Source: Sphyrna mokarran
Lineage: Eukaryota
DNA: 64,000 bases
Direction of reading: 5' to 3'
NCBI GenBank assembly: GCA_024679065.1
Contig: JAGIQG010000007.1
Span: 43,214,001-43,278,000, forward strand
Shown: in pieces, positions 50,086 through 62,700 of the stretch
Layout of the letters: the number at the start of each line of letters is the position of its first letter
Position numbering within the stretch: position 1 is the first letter of the stretch
Position numbers and translations under genes: made by a program
The notes under the pieces: model-generated
Database searches by the model: none
The model's input: the letters and a program-made list of their open reading frames with translations, nothing else
Told to the model about the DNA's origin: nothing

Positions 50086-50840
50086 TTATTGTAACACAGA
50101 CCCTTTTAAACTGTGGTGTTCCTACTGAGTCAGAAAATTTCGTGATCCAAGCCATGTACCTCAGTAGCACAAAATTCGCCTTAAAAATCAAATAGTCTAC
50201 CACTTTGTCCATTTTTGAATATTATTATTTTAAATGATATGGACTGAATGATCACAGTGCATGACTTTTTTTTATTTACGAGTCGATATCAGAGCTGAAA
50301 TAGATGGTGCAAAATGAATGACAATAAATTAGCAGGCTGCATTGCAATCACCTGGAAAATAAAAATTGAATTGGGTAGAAAACGAGTTACCCATTTTCGA
50401 GATCTGTTTTAGCGGCTGTGACACAAGCCTGTATATATTTTTGGATCACCGTTTCTTTCTAGTACTCCAGCTAAGTGGTGATTTCTCACATTCCATGGTG
50501 AGTGTTGTGCTGTTTGACTGTGACAGCCATCAGAAATCAGGCTGATCTATCTCCTGACATTCACACAAGAACATTGCTAGTCGTGATTGTGTCTGCTACA
50601 TCTGCAGTATAAATTAGGGGAGACTGTTTCCATTGGTCGTCAGTCAGGAAGGAGAATTGAGGTAATTGGTGAAAGAACCAAAGAGATGAGGAGAATGTTT
50701 TTATGCGGTAAGTTATTGTGATCTACCTCAAAGATGGTGGAAACAGATTTGTTCATAACTTTTGAAATTAATGTACTCAGAACAGGCCTGGGGTGGGGGG
50801 AGCATAATGGAAAAAGAGCAGGCTAATATGACGAAGTTAT

Positions 50841-51312
50841 GGGCCAGAATTCTCCCAAAAAAATTCTCAGTGATGAATTTAAGTAAAAACAAAAGTAAAT
50901 CCGCTGTTTATTTTTTAGCTGGATTTTCAGAATGAATCTTCCACACGCCGAGCACTGCAGAGTGAGATTCACACTGAAAATCCAGGGGCGGAACATAATT
51001 CCAACTGGAGAGGCCAGCAGCAGAGCATCGAGCGGGCCACGGTACATGTACCAATCTGTCAGCGCTGAGGCGGAGCACACGCACAGCGCTGCTGGCCTCC
51101 CACTCGTTGGCCAGTACAACAAGCTCCCATTGTTGTTCCTCTGATCCTCTCACCCTTCTATGATCACTGGCCTCCCAAACGTTGAGGGCCAGCCCTGACC
51201 ACCACCCCCACCCCCCCCACCCCTCATCACGTCTCATTCTAGTCCCTCTTGTGAGAGAATCTCAGCCATAGCAGGATCTTCTCCTGCGTGAGCTGGGCTG
51301 GAGAAGTGCCCC
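50841..51312. mobile_element. MITE with internal hairpin
   Basis: TIRs gggccagaattctcc / ggagaagtgcccc. Internal 21-bp inverted repeat at 50919-50939 / 50965-50985. Confidence 0.6.
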
Positions 51313-54300
51313 TTATAAGTCTTTAAGAAAGCAGGTATGATGGGCTTCGCTCTGTGTTGCATGATTCTGTAATCAATTGTGTGAACTCCAGGTAACTGAC
51401 TTATTTTCTCTGCTGTCCAGTGAGGTGGAAGCCAATGTGTTGCTTCTCTTTGCTGCTGCTTTATTGATTAGTTAACTGGCAGCAGACTTGAGACATATTC
51501 TTCATTACACACTGAGCCATTGGCCTGACTTGAATCATTCTTTTTTGGAAAGATATGTTATAAAGAAAGGTGTTTAATACCTGTAACATTTACCTTCTCG
51601 GTTAAAGTAGTTAATAAACAAATGGCATTAGACTGCAATGCTTTTAGCTAGTTCAAAATCCTATTCAGAAGATGTTAGGATGGAGTGAATGGAATTATTC
51701 TATTAAACTTACAATATGCTCAGGAAGTAATTTTTCTAGATCCTGTATTACTGAACTGTACCTGGCAGAAGACCTGAACTCTCCCTGTGTTCTGCATTCA
51801 TTGATGTTAGCTCAGGCAGCAATGGAGGAGCTTTAGTTGGTGATCTTCCTGAGGTAGAGAAGGAAACTATTCGGGTTCTCCATTTCTGATGCACACGTTG
51901 GAAGCCTGTGTGCAGTTTTGACCTGGTGATCAGTTAGTTTATTCTAAAGTGCGTCTACGGCTGTGAATAATCTGCTTCTGCCACTCAGGCATTCACATGA
52001 TGAAAAGTAGATGTGGTTGAGTTTCTGGAACACTTGTATAACAGTGTCCAGCAGAATCAATAGCTTCAGGAAATTGGAAAGGAGGGAAATTTGAAAAAGA
52101 AAAGCAACTTGCAATGTGCTTAATGTGTATTGAGGTGGAAGCTCATGAGAATTTGTAGAAGTGAAAGTCTTTTGCACCTTTGATGGCCATTATCCAGGGA
52201 GAAAAATTGGCTTGTATTTACTCCAAGTTTTAAGCCAAGGCTGAACAAACTGTTGCCCACATGGCTTATGTACGCTGGTGACTCATCCAGTTGCAGCTGT
52301 TCCCAATAGCTGCTTCATTTTAAGTTCAGGTAGTATTTCTTCAGTAAGTACTTAAAAACATCAATGAGGAAGCAATTCTTAAGAATTAACATTTTCAGAG
52401 CAGGGATTTCTTTGATTGCTGGACTCATTTATTTGAAATTTAAGGTTAGACTTTATGGGTCTCCACCATATGTGTTTTTGGTAAGGAGGAAATAAAATAC
52501 TTTGGATCTATCTCCTTGTACCCACTGACCTGTTCGCCACAAGATACGTGTAAGTTGCCCACCAGGATGCCTGTTCTTGAGTCTGCTAAAGCCCGTAAGT
52601 AGTTAATTAATGATCACGTGCTCAATTAAGGTTTTTTGTTCACCTCCATTGCTATAAAATAGTGGAAAATTACAGGTCAGAATGCAAAGGCTTTTTTGGA
52701 AAGGTGAGAAAGAAGGGGGAATTTGTTAATTGGGTGTGCCCTGTTTGTATTGGGGCACACCCTAATAACCCTCCCACTCTCCAAATGTCATCTCCCCTTT
52801 GCTACTTCCTGCCTGCCCCTCAAGACCAGTCACTCATGCTCCTCTACCCCACCTCCTTAAACTCTCCGATCTCTCCCTACCATAAAATGCTGGGATTTGC
52901 CTATCTCTGTTTGCTATAATCTACCTCTCAAAGACTCTTTACAGAACCCATATCCCAACTGTACACTAAGGTGACTGCTGGCCAATCAGACTGACAGTGG
53001 GGTAGGACTTCCTGTCCACTGAGGGATGGACACCTGATGCCTCCCCCACTTTGCTGTTTACCCATCCTCCAGCGTGTTACTGCTATGGGGCAGATTTCTT
53101 AAAAGCTGGTCTTATAGGAACGGGTTGGGGGAAATAGAAGGATTGCTGGCAGGGATAATGGTGGAGTAGTTCACCTTGTTGAAGTGAGGTTAATTTCAAC
53201 AGTTAATTTCTAACTTTCTGGGATTGGAGGCACTGGTATATATCTTTTAATTACAAAAGAAATCTACAGAAGTGGCAGAGTGGTTAGTTTAGTTTTAGAT
53301 ATTTTCATGAATGCCAAAAGTTCTGTTAACTTGAGTATCCCTTGAAGTGTATCTTAATGGTCATTTCTGGTCCACTCATAAAAGGATACATTGGAGAGAG
53401 AGATTTTCTTCATTGCAACATCATAAAGAGTGGGTAAAAGGTGAAAGTTCACAATTTTGTGTCTTCCTCCCATCAGGATTTATTGTGCAATTCCCCAAAG
53501 TCCTTAACTGGGTATGTTTGTGGAGGCGTGGGGCAGATATTCCTCAGCTCTCACTGTAGTCTCTACTTGACACTTTATGGAATATATGTAGAAAAAGTCT
53601 TGATGAATCTCTTGGAATTGTGCACTTTTAAAATCTTTGTCCTGGAGGTATGGGCAGTGGAGGGGGGCGCAGGTGGTTGGTGGAGGGCACGAGAGGGAGA
53701 GAGAGAGAATGTTGTCATCCTGAAGACTTTAGGATTTTACACCCGGCAACAATTCAGAAGGACACTCTGATAGAAGCCAGGAGATTAAAATCTCCTGTCT
53801 AAAATCTCATGGGAGCTTATAATCTTTGGATGGACCAAATTAACTAGAGTAGCCTTGAGGATGATTTCTCGGAATGTATTTAGACTGTTAGAATAACGCA
53901 TTTGGGAACCAACCAGAGAAGTATGTATTTTAGAACTGATAATATGCAGATGAGACAGGATTAATAGATGACCTCATGGTAAAGGATCCTCTAGACAAAA
54001 ATGATCATAGCATAATACAATTTCCCATTAAGTTTAGGCTGAGAAATGTGGGTCTGATATTAGTGTCTTAAACTTAAATGAGGTGATACAAGGGAGTGAC
54101 ATAGTAGCATGGATAGAGGATTGGCTAATGAAGAGGGGATAGAGAAACAGGATAAATGGGTCATTTTCAGGTTAGCAGTCCATATCTAATCTGTTCCCAT
54201 CAATGACAGTGCTGGAACCTTAATTATATACAATCAGTACGATCCAAAGGATTCCTTTGGATTAGGAAACCGAGTATATTGTAGCCAAATTTGCCAATGA

Positions 54301-54524
54301 TACTAAAATTGATAGTAAAGTGTATTGTGAAAAGAATGGAAACAACCAGTGAAGGGTTAAAGATAGATTAAGTGTGTGAGCAAAAAATTGGCAGGTGGAA
54401 AAAAAAGTAGGAAAATGAAAAGTTTTCAATTGTGGCAGGAAAAATAGAAAAGCAGAATGTAATTTAAATGGAGACAGACTGCAGAGTGCTACAGTACAGC
54501 AAGATAAAGATGCCCTTGTATGGC

Positions 54525-54725
54525 TTTGATTTGATTTATTATTATCATGTATTAGTATACAGTGAAAAGTATTGTTTCCTGCTCTATACAGACAAAGCAT
54601 ACCATTCATAGAGAAGAAAACAGGAGAGTGCAGGATATAGTGTTACAGTTATATCTAGGGTGTAGAGAAAGATCAACTTAATGAAAGGTAGGTCTGATGG
54701 CAACAGAGAAGAAGCTGTTCATGAG
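54525..54725 (-). mobile_element. Rex1/Babar-like LINE 3' end
   Basis: Paralogous to 28236-28498 (tttgatttgattt..atacagtgaaaagtattg..caaagcataccatt..gaagaagctgttc). Confidence 0.75.
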
Positions 54726-54759
54726 TCAGAAAAGTTAGCACGCAAATGCAACAAACAAT

Positions 54760-55088
54760 TAGAATTATAGGATCCCTATGATGCAGAAGGAGGTAATTTG
54801 GCCCATTGAGCTTGCAACAATAACAAATAACAATCCCACTCAAGTCATATCCCTTTAACCCTATTATTTACTCTACTAGTCCCCCTGACACTAAGGGGCA
54901 ATTTAGCATAGCCAATCAACCCAACTCACACATTTTTGGAGTGTGAGAGGAAATCGGAGCACTCCGAGGTAACTGATGCAGACACGGGGAGAATGTGCAA
55001 ACTCTACACAGATAGTGACCTGAGATTGGAATTGAACATAGGTTTCTGCTGCTGTGATACAGCAGTGCTAACCACTGTGTCACCATGA
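54760..55088 (-). mobile_element. HE1-type SINE, full length
   Basis: Reverse-complement tail, ctagtccccctgacactaaggggcaatttagc, V-domain and head. Confidence 0.9.
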
Positions 55089-56452
55089 TGCCAAAGTTAA
55101 ATTTGATATTTAACCTTGTATTGCAAGGCGAATGGAGTGTAAAAGTAGGAAAGTCATATTGCAACTATACAAGCGCATTGGTGAGACCATATCTGAAGTA
55201 GTATGTATAGTTTTGATCCCATTCCTTAAGTAGGGTTGTGCTTGCAAAGAAAGCAGTTCAGAGAAAGCTCGCTAGGCTGCTTCCTCAGGAATGAAGAGAT
55301 TGTCTTATGAGGAAAGGTTGACCAGGTTGCACCTATACTCTTTGGAGTTTAGAAGAATAAGGGGTAATCTTATTGAAACACAAAATTCTGAGAGGGTTTA
55401 AGTATAAATGTTGAGACGAAATCTAGAACTGGGGGGCACAGTTGAAAAGTAAAGGGTTTCCTATTTAAGGCAAAGGTGGGGAACTTGCTCTCTGACGGTC
55501 ATTAATCTTTAGAATTCTCTGCTGCAGAGAGTAGTAGAGAATTCTGTCATTGAATATATTCAAGGCTGAGTTAGACAGATCGATCTATAAAGGGAGTCAA
55601 GGGTTATGTGGGGCAGGCAGGAAAGTGGAGTTAAAACCTTAATCAGATCAGCCATGATCTTATTAAAAAGCGAAGTATGCTCAAGGGGCCAAATGGCTTA
55701 TTCCTGCTCCTAATTCTTACGTTCTTATCTTATTATGTTCTTGTAAAACAGCTCGGTTGGAAATGCATTTACTTGCAACTTCATGGGGCAACACACCCAA
55801 GTTGCTCTGAGTGTGCCTGGTACCGAACTAGCGTTGAGAGAAAAATTGACCTTAGTCAGCCACACGACAATAGTGCATGTAACATAGTCTGCATTAAATG
55901 CAAGTCCTTGGGTTCTGCAGACTTTCCATAGAAGGATGGCTTAGCTTTCTGAATTCCTTACTGGGAGAATACACTAAATTTCTGATTGGATGTTAACTTA
56001 ACAAATCCCATGTGGTTGCTTTTCTTTGATAGGGGAATAGAAATAGAATTAGCGAGAACATTTTGAGCATTTTAACCAAGCTTAAGACTTTGATGCTTTT
56101 CTCAGAACCCTTTTCATTGTAGTGCAATTTGAGGACCTTTGCGAATAGTTACATTTTACTGTGTTTACCTCTTTGCAAGGGGTTAAAGAAGAAAACAAGC
56201 AATTAGTTCTCTGCTCTGTATCAGTATCGTCCTGTAACCGGGTTGATATGTTCTGTTCTTTACAACTCTTTTCTGATTAGGCAGCTTGCTCCCTCTTCAG
56301 GTTTTACTCTGAAATATTTGCCCAGATTTCTTCTGAGCAATTCCTACTCAGTTTTTTTAATTGTCATAATTTCACTAAATGTTGTTCCAAACCCCATTTG
56401 CTGGCAAACTTGTGAAGATGAAGTGGGTGCAGATTTGCTATATTATTTTTAT

Positions 56453-56611
56453 TTCATACTGAAAATGAAGGTCAGTGAGTTTTTGCCCTTTACTGCATGG
56501 GAGGTTTCTGTCCCCCTTGAATTCACCTTAGGACACCTGCATTATGGTGTGACAGGCATACCGCCCCAGTCAAACTCCCTGCCTGCCACGGTCCTTAGAG
56601 TAGGTCCCACC
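56453..56611 (-). pseudogene. 28S rRNA fragment (domain V, P-loop region), diverged
   Basis: The reverse complement gggagtttgactggggcggta..cctgtca..gcaggtgtcctaagg..ggacagaaacctccc..aagggcaaaa..attttcagta matches universal LSU rRNA sequence, with many transitions. There is no flanking rDNA. Confidence 0.9.
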
Positions 56612-56684
56612 TGGCTGATCATCAGTGTGGTAAAACTAACCTGTCTGAAGACAATCTAAACCTAATTCAAGTTTCCTATTAGTG

Positions 56685-56992
56685 GATGGTACAATGGCCC
56701 AGTGGTTAGCACTGCTACCTCACAGTGCCAGGGGCCTGGGTTCAATTCCCAGCTTGGGTCACTTTCTGTGTGGAGCTTGCACATTCTCCCCGGGTCTGTG
56801 TGGGATTTCTCTGGGTGCACTAGTTTCCTCCCACAGTCCAAAGATGTGAGGGTTGGGTGGATTGGATTGGTCATGTTAAATTGTCCTTTAGTGCCCAGGA
56901 GACCAACTAGGGTAAATGCATGGAGATTGGGATTGTGGTTGTGCAGACTGGATGTGCAGAATGGCCTCCTTCTGCACTGTAGGATTCTATGA
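56685..56992 (+). mobile_element. HE1-type SINE
   Basis: cagtggttagcactgct..ggttcaattcc head, V-domain, and tail gcactgtaggattctatga. Confidence 0.9.
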
Positions 56993-57070
56993 TATTTGCT
57001 GAGTTACAGCATTTGTGATTAGTGGTGAATGAACGTTTTGGATTTCACAGAGGCAGGAATGTGACAACCG

Positions 57071-57985
57071 TGGGCGTGGAATCTTACCAAACAATGGCAA
57101 AGTGTCAAGGTCTGACTGAAAACCCAGCACATTACTCTCCAGGCAATCAGACAGGTTTTTGGCACTTTGTCAAAAAAAGGTGGGAGGATGTGTTTCACGT
57201 TAGCATTTTGAGCGCGAGGGCAGAATCACACTGGTAAAGCTAGCTGCACTGAGACTGGGGGCAAAGGCCCTGCAATCAGACCAAGAAATAACTCCCCCCC
57301 CCCCCCCCCCCCCCCAACCTCACACCCCCAGCCCCTGCTCTCTGTTCCTCACTTCAACCATGGAGGTTTTAGGGGCTTATTCACTCCCTCCCTGATCACT
57401 GCCAAAGTCCCTCACCTCTACCACCATTCCCAATAGTAATCACTGCATCTCCCTCTTTCCCCACCCATTCTCCACCACTAGTCATTGTTGGCATTTCTTC
57501 CCCCTTCATTCAACATTCCCTCCCTTCCTACTACACATACATGCACCAAACCATGAGGTTCCCACTAAGATGTGTCCTAGCACTGACTTCAGTTGGTGCT
57601 GCTAGGTTGGCATGATGTGACCCTGTGGCAGGGTTCTGCCCAGGCATATCCCTCTCCCCCGGGGACTATACTCGCCTTTGCTTCTCCCAGTGGGAATCCC
57701 TCCGATAGGTTCACTTAGACGTGAACCTGCTGAAAACACTTCAGCAAGGCATGAAAATTTATTAAAGGTGGAAATCTTGCCCTTGAGGTGTTTAATAATA
57801 ATCAAATTTATTTACATGGATGTAAACCAGGCCCTCACCCATTATGGGCTAGAATCTGATTAGATCAATGGCCCAGGATGACGAAAATCAAAAATCACAA
57901 TCCCACTGGTGAGATTTGCAATTTCTGAGTATCGCCAGATCTTGAGCCTCCAGTGCCAATCCCAAAAATTGAAAATGCAGACTCA
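57071..57985. mobile_element. Probable non-autonomous TIR element with C-rich core (C22 run at 57294-57315)
   Basis: Begins gggcgtggaatctt and has a low-complexity C-rich interior, as in the other TIR relics. The right end is uncertain. Confidence 0.35.
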
Positions 57986-58286
57986 AGATCTCCCTTCAGT
58001 CTGTAAAGTCTGGATATTTACTAGGTGTCAAAGGGCATCCAAGTTATATAAGTCCGTGTTCAAGGCTGGTTCAGTTGAAAGGAAGTGGAACACATGCCAA
58101 CATTAGATTATCAGAATGTAAAGACTCTGACTTACAGTCATAGAGATTTACAACATGGAAACAGGCCCTTCAACCCAACTTGTCCATGTTGCCCTTTTTT
58201 TTGAAAACCCTTAAGCTAATCCCAATTGTCCGCATTTATCAATTGAGTAGCTGGAAATTGACACCGATTTACTGCCTCTCCTTGAT

Positions 58287-58582
58287 TGGCAGCATGGTGC
58301 CACTGTGGTTAGCATTGCTGCCTCACGGCACCAGGGATCCAAGTTCAATTCCAGCTTTGCATCACTCTCTGCGTAGGTTTCCTCCCAGTGCTCCAGTTTC
58401 CTCCCAAACCCCAAAAACGTGCAGCCTAGGTGGATTGGCCATGCTAATTTGCCCCTTAGTGTCAGGGGGACTAGCAGGGTAAGCACATGGTGTTGTGGTG
58501 ATAGGCCTGGGTGAGATTGTTGTCGGTGCAGGGTCAATGGGCCAGATAGTCTCTTCCTGCACTGCAAGGATTCTATAATTCT
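58287..58582 (+). mobile_element. HE1-type SINE (internal deletion)
   Basis: Head ggcagcatggtg..gtggttagcattgctgcctcac, body gccccttagtgtcagggggactagc, and tail ggattctataattct. Confidence 0.9.
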
Positions 58583-58667
58583 AAGAATAGAACATGGGGT
58601 TAATTCTCTAATGGAAATAATACAAGATAAAAATACTAAACATTAGTGGTTTAATTGTAAATGTACC

Positions 58668-59700
58668 ACATAAGAACATAAGAAATAGGAGCAGGAGTAG
58701 GCCATTCCGCCATCTGAGCCTGCCCTGCCATTCAGTAAGATCATGGCTGATCTGTAGTGGTTCAGTACCACTTTCCCGCTTTCTCCCCATAACCCTTAAT
58801 TCCCTTATCAATCAAAAACCTATCCACTCTTGACTTGAACATATTCAGCGAGGAAGTCTCCACCACCTCATCAGGCAAAGAATTCCAAAGATTCACCACC
58901 CTTTGCGTGAAGAAACTCCTCCGCAACTCTGATCTGAACCTCACTCCCCCCCCGCCTCAATCTTGAGGCCGTGCCCTCTAGTCCTGCTATCTTTGTTAAG
59001 CGAGAACAGTCTCTCAACCTCTACTCTATCCATCCCCTTCATTATCTTATACATCTCTATAAGATCCCCTCTCAACCTTCTAAACTCCAAAGAGTAAAAA
59101 CCTAGCATATTCAGTCTCTTCTCATAATCCAACGCCCTTATCTCCGGTATCAGCCCAGTAAACCTTCCCTGTACCCCCTCCAAGGCCAATATATCCTTCC
59201 TTGAATGCGGTGACCAAAACTGCACACAGCACTCTAGCTGTGACCTCACCAGTACCCTATACAGCTGCAACAGAACCTCCCTACTTTTATATTCTACCCC
59301 GCTAATTATAAAGGCCAATATTGCATTCGCCTTCTTAACCACCTGCTCCACCTGCATATAGTGTTTTTGCGATTCGTGCACAAGGACCCCCAGGTCCCTC
59401 TGCACCGTCGCATGCTGCAGCTTTTCGCCATTTAAATAGTAATCCTTCCTACCATTATTCCTACCAAAGTGGATAACCTCACACTTGCTAACATTATACT
59501 CCATCTGCCAGGTCCTCGCCCACTCACTCAAACTATCCAGATCCCTCTGCAGGCTTTCCACACCCTCCATGCAATTTGCTTTTCCACTCATCTTCGTGTC
59601 ATCAGCAAATTTCGTCACCCTGCATTCTGCCCCTTCCTCCAGATCGTCTATGTAAATGGTAAATAGTTGAGACCCCAGCACCAAACCCTGGGGCACTCCA
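58668..59700 (-). mobile_element. Young 5'-truncated CR1-type LINE (RT C-terminal half)
   Basis: Open 251-aa frame PQGLVLGSQLFTIYIDDL..KFADDTK..RDLGVLV..QFWSP..RRLRGDLIE continues after one frameshift into FFTQRVVNLWNSLP. Tail (cttatgtt)n. Confidence 0.95.
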
Positions 59701-62700
59701 CATGGTTCAGTATTAAATCATGTTGAAATTCTGGACAGTTCTGGTCTGATCCTTAATCTGATAGTGGGTTTGATTCTCCAGCCCCATCAAATGGCTCGCA
59801 GGAATCCTGATAGCCCTGCTAAAAATTGGATAGTCAGCCAAAAATTGGAATTGCCTTTAGGCATCAAAGCAATCAGGATTCACTTGACCTGCCCCACCAG
59901 CCCCAAAACTGATTTTGCCCATACTAAGCAGGAACTCGAAAATTATGCAATTAGTGAATTGGACGACCCATGAGTGGCTCCTGCCATGCATTTGCCTCCC
60001 CAGCAGGGGAGCACTAGGCAGACATTGGTACTAGTTAGCACTATGGGCTTGGCATGTTGGATCCTGAGGAGGAATGAAGGAGGCAGGTCCAGTGGTCATG
60101 TGTGTGCTCTCTGCTGCTGCCAGGGTGCAGCAGAAGGATCCCCTTTGGATCCTTGGGGTTAGGTGAGCTTGGACTGGGCAAGGAAACAGAGTCCTATGGA
60201 TGGGCTGCACCTTCTAGCCCTGGCAGGCTGAGAGATCACCCCTGGAATGATGATTTCAGGCAGTTCTCTGCTCTGTGTTTTCATTCCTGCCTGACATCTG
60301 TGAGAACTTTCAAGTGGCCTGATGACTTTAATCTCCGTGGCCTGGTCACTTATTTTGAAGAACCTATGCCCTCTTTGAAGTTCTCTGTCAGCTGTTCACT
60401 CAGCCCTCTTCTCTTCATATAACTTTTATTTGAAGTCTCTAAGCCTTCCTAGAAAGCTTGTATCTTTGAAATATCTTCCAACCCTTTGAAAACCTTTTGT
60501 TTCCATTCAATTTTAATCCAATGCTTATAACTCTCATTTTATTGACAGCTTAGTGGTTTTCTATCAGTATCCAGGCAGCTGTGTTTATTTACCTTTCCAT
60601 TTATGCTCGAATGCATTTCAAGTACTCGCATTGTTTCTAACTGCAATGTTTCATAAAAGTGGAAGTGAAAAGCACTTGATGCTTTTGAAGTTGGTGTGCT
60701 CACAGCTGTAGGCAACGTCAGGTCAGGATGTGGTCGGGTCACCCACATGCCTGTATGGTAGGGAGGGGATGACCCATTTTTTGAGTAGTTGGGCAGAGGT
60801 CACCCCTCTTAACCGAGGGATTGATAGTTTTACTGTCAGTGGGTGTGTCACAGTTTTAGTTTTTGGGGGAAGGAAGGTTTGTCTCTGACTGTGGAGATCA
60901 GGGTGTCCTTCAATCTCTGAACAACTGGGCTAGCCATTGTGAATCGCAGGATGTGGGATTCATGAATATACATCTGTCAGGTGGGAGAATCCCAGCTGAC
61001 AGATGCTGCCAGTGCCAATAGGAAACATTCTGCCTTTCTTGCTGGCATGGTCACTTATTGCTGATTCAGGAGAATTGGTCCAAAAAGCTGATTTCTGGAG
61101 TACAAAGGGCATACCCAATGCCTCTAAGGTAATTAGAGGAATATTTTCCAGACCTAGTTGTTACTTGTTAGTCTTGATTCAATATATGTACATATACAGA
61201 TATCAGATGAGAATATGGTTGAGCCCTATAACGATGGACTCAAAATTGAATAATCAGATAATTACGCCAAACATAACTAATTGGTTAAGATTGAGAAAGA
61301 TGAATAAAGGTTAAAAACAGAGGGAAGAATGTGAGGCAGGAGAAACAAAACAAAAATTAAATCAGCATGCAATGATTATTGCATCAAAAATCAAAAGAAT
61401 GCCAAGAGATAGATTCTAGCATATTTAAAAAAAGGCAAGAGAACCAAGAAACCGCCATATTGTTTCACAAGTATTCACTACTGTTTTGCAATCTGGTTTA
61501 GTGCTTCTGAGTACCAGGTGCGGCTCACACTTCACATACTGCAGTAGTGAGACAGTGACATCTGAGGTCAAGTGGAGTGTCAAACTTGTCAGCAAGATGT
61601 GATATTTCATACTGGATGTTGCATTATAGCAAAAACTAGGTCAATTTGTTTCAGTTGTTAGATTTTCTTGCTCACTGTATCTCACCGTTCTTACATTCTT
61701 CTGATGTCAAGATTGAATGGTTGTGTATACACTGTCGCAGAGTGCTATTTCCCATCATTCAACATTGTAACTCCATGCTTCTGTGTGCTTCAGCCATTTT
61801 GTTTTTGCTTTCCCAGACCGAATCCTTTCTTTGATCATTGTGCAGCGAAATAAATTTGTTCGTGTGCTCTGTGATTCATGTCACTTAGCTGTGCAGTAAA
61901 TATTACTGTTCCTTGCCATTTACCCGCTGTATTGTAATGTTTGTATTTCTAATGAGCTTCTTGATATATCCGCTGAGGTGTCCCAAATGTTTACGGAACA
62001 AAGTATGGTCTATGTAAATGCAAACTATTGCCGGGTTTTGCTGGGAATGGGAATATTTTGCAAACTTAATTGCACAGCTAAATGAGCCCAGTTTTCCCAT
62101 CTGGCAGGAATGTTCTCCATGCATAGTAATGTCTGCAATTGTGCTATGGAACTTGAATAAACAAATGTGTGGCAAGACTGCTCTTACTAAGATGGCCCTG
62201 TAGTTTTATAGGGGTTGGTGGCAGGGTAATTAGAAACATACTTGCCCTCATCTAAAGTACACATTTAACTGTTGGAATGCCACTGATCTCCTTGAAATAT
62301 TCTTTGCCAGTCCTCCCAGTTTGCTCTCTCCTAGCTTTGGGAATGCATGTGTTTTTACTAATTTCCTTGGAAACCAGAATTTATAAGTAAACGTAGCTAC
62401 AATATTGGCGTAGGACTAGATATTTTTTATTGGTGGGCAGCATGTTGGTTTAGTAAGAAATATTTATTTGAAAAAAAAATTTGCCACCACACTAATATTG
62501 GCACCGTGCCTGAAAATATCTGAACAAAAATACTTTATTGACTCAAAAGACTTGTTATTTTTTGACATGAAAGATGCATTTGCTTCTAAAACAAGGTATT
62601 GTATTAGGCAATAACTTGTCTAGCTCCAGTGTGCATAATGAGAGGTCATGTTCCAAATCTAGTGTCTGATCCAGCTGTTGGAATCAACTGTACCTTAGAT

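Larger units (their letters stand above)
53810..55742 (+). mobile_element. CR1-type LINE with internal deletions, hosting Rex1 and HE1 insertions
   Basis: Endonuclease remnants (~53870-54020), degenerate aaatttgccaatgatactaaa (KFADDTK), and a 3' region and tail cctgctcctaattcttacgttctta. Confidence 0.8.

Noticed and set aside
56453-56611. Functional rRNA gene
   Set aside because: It is a short, diverged, isolated fragment with no surrounding rDNA unit.
5352-58582. tRNA genes suggested by A/B boxes
   Set aside because: All are SINE heads followed by a V-domain and LINE-derived tails, and none forms a complete cloverleaf.
60655-60985. Repeat-like GC-richer segment
   Set aside because: It looks like a TE fragment, but I could not assign a family or boundaries.
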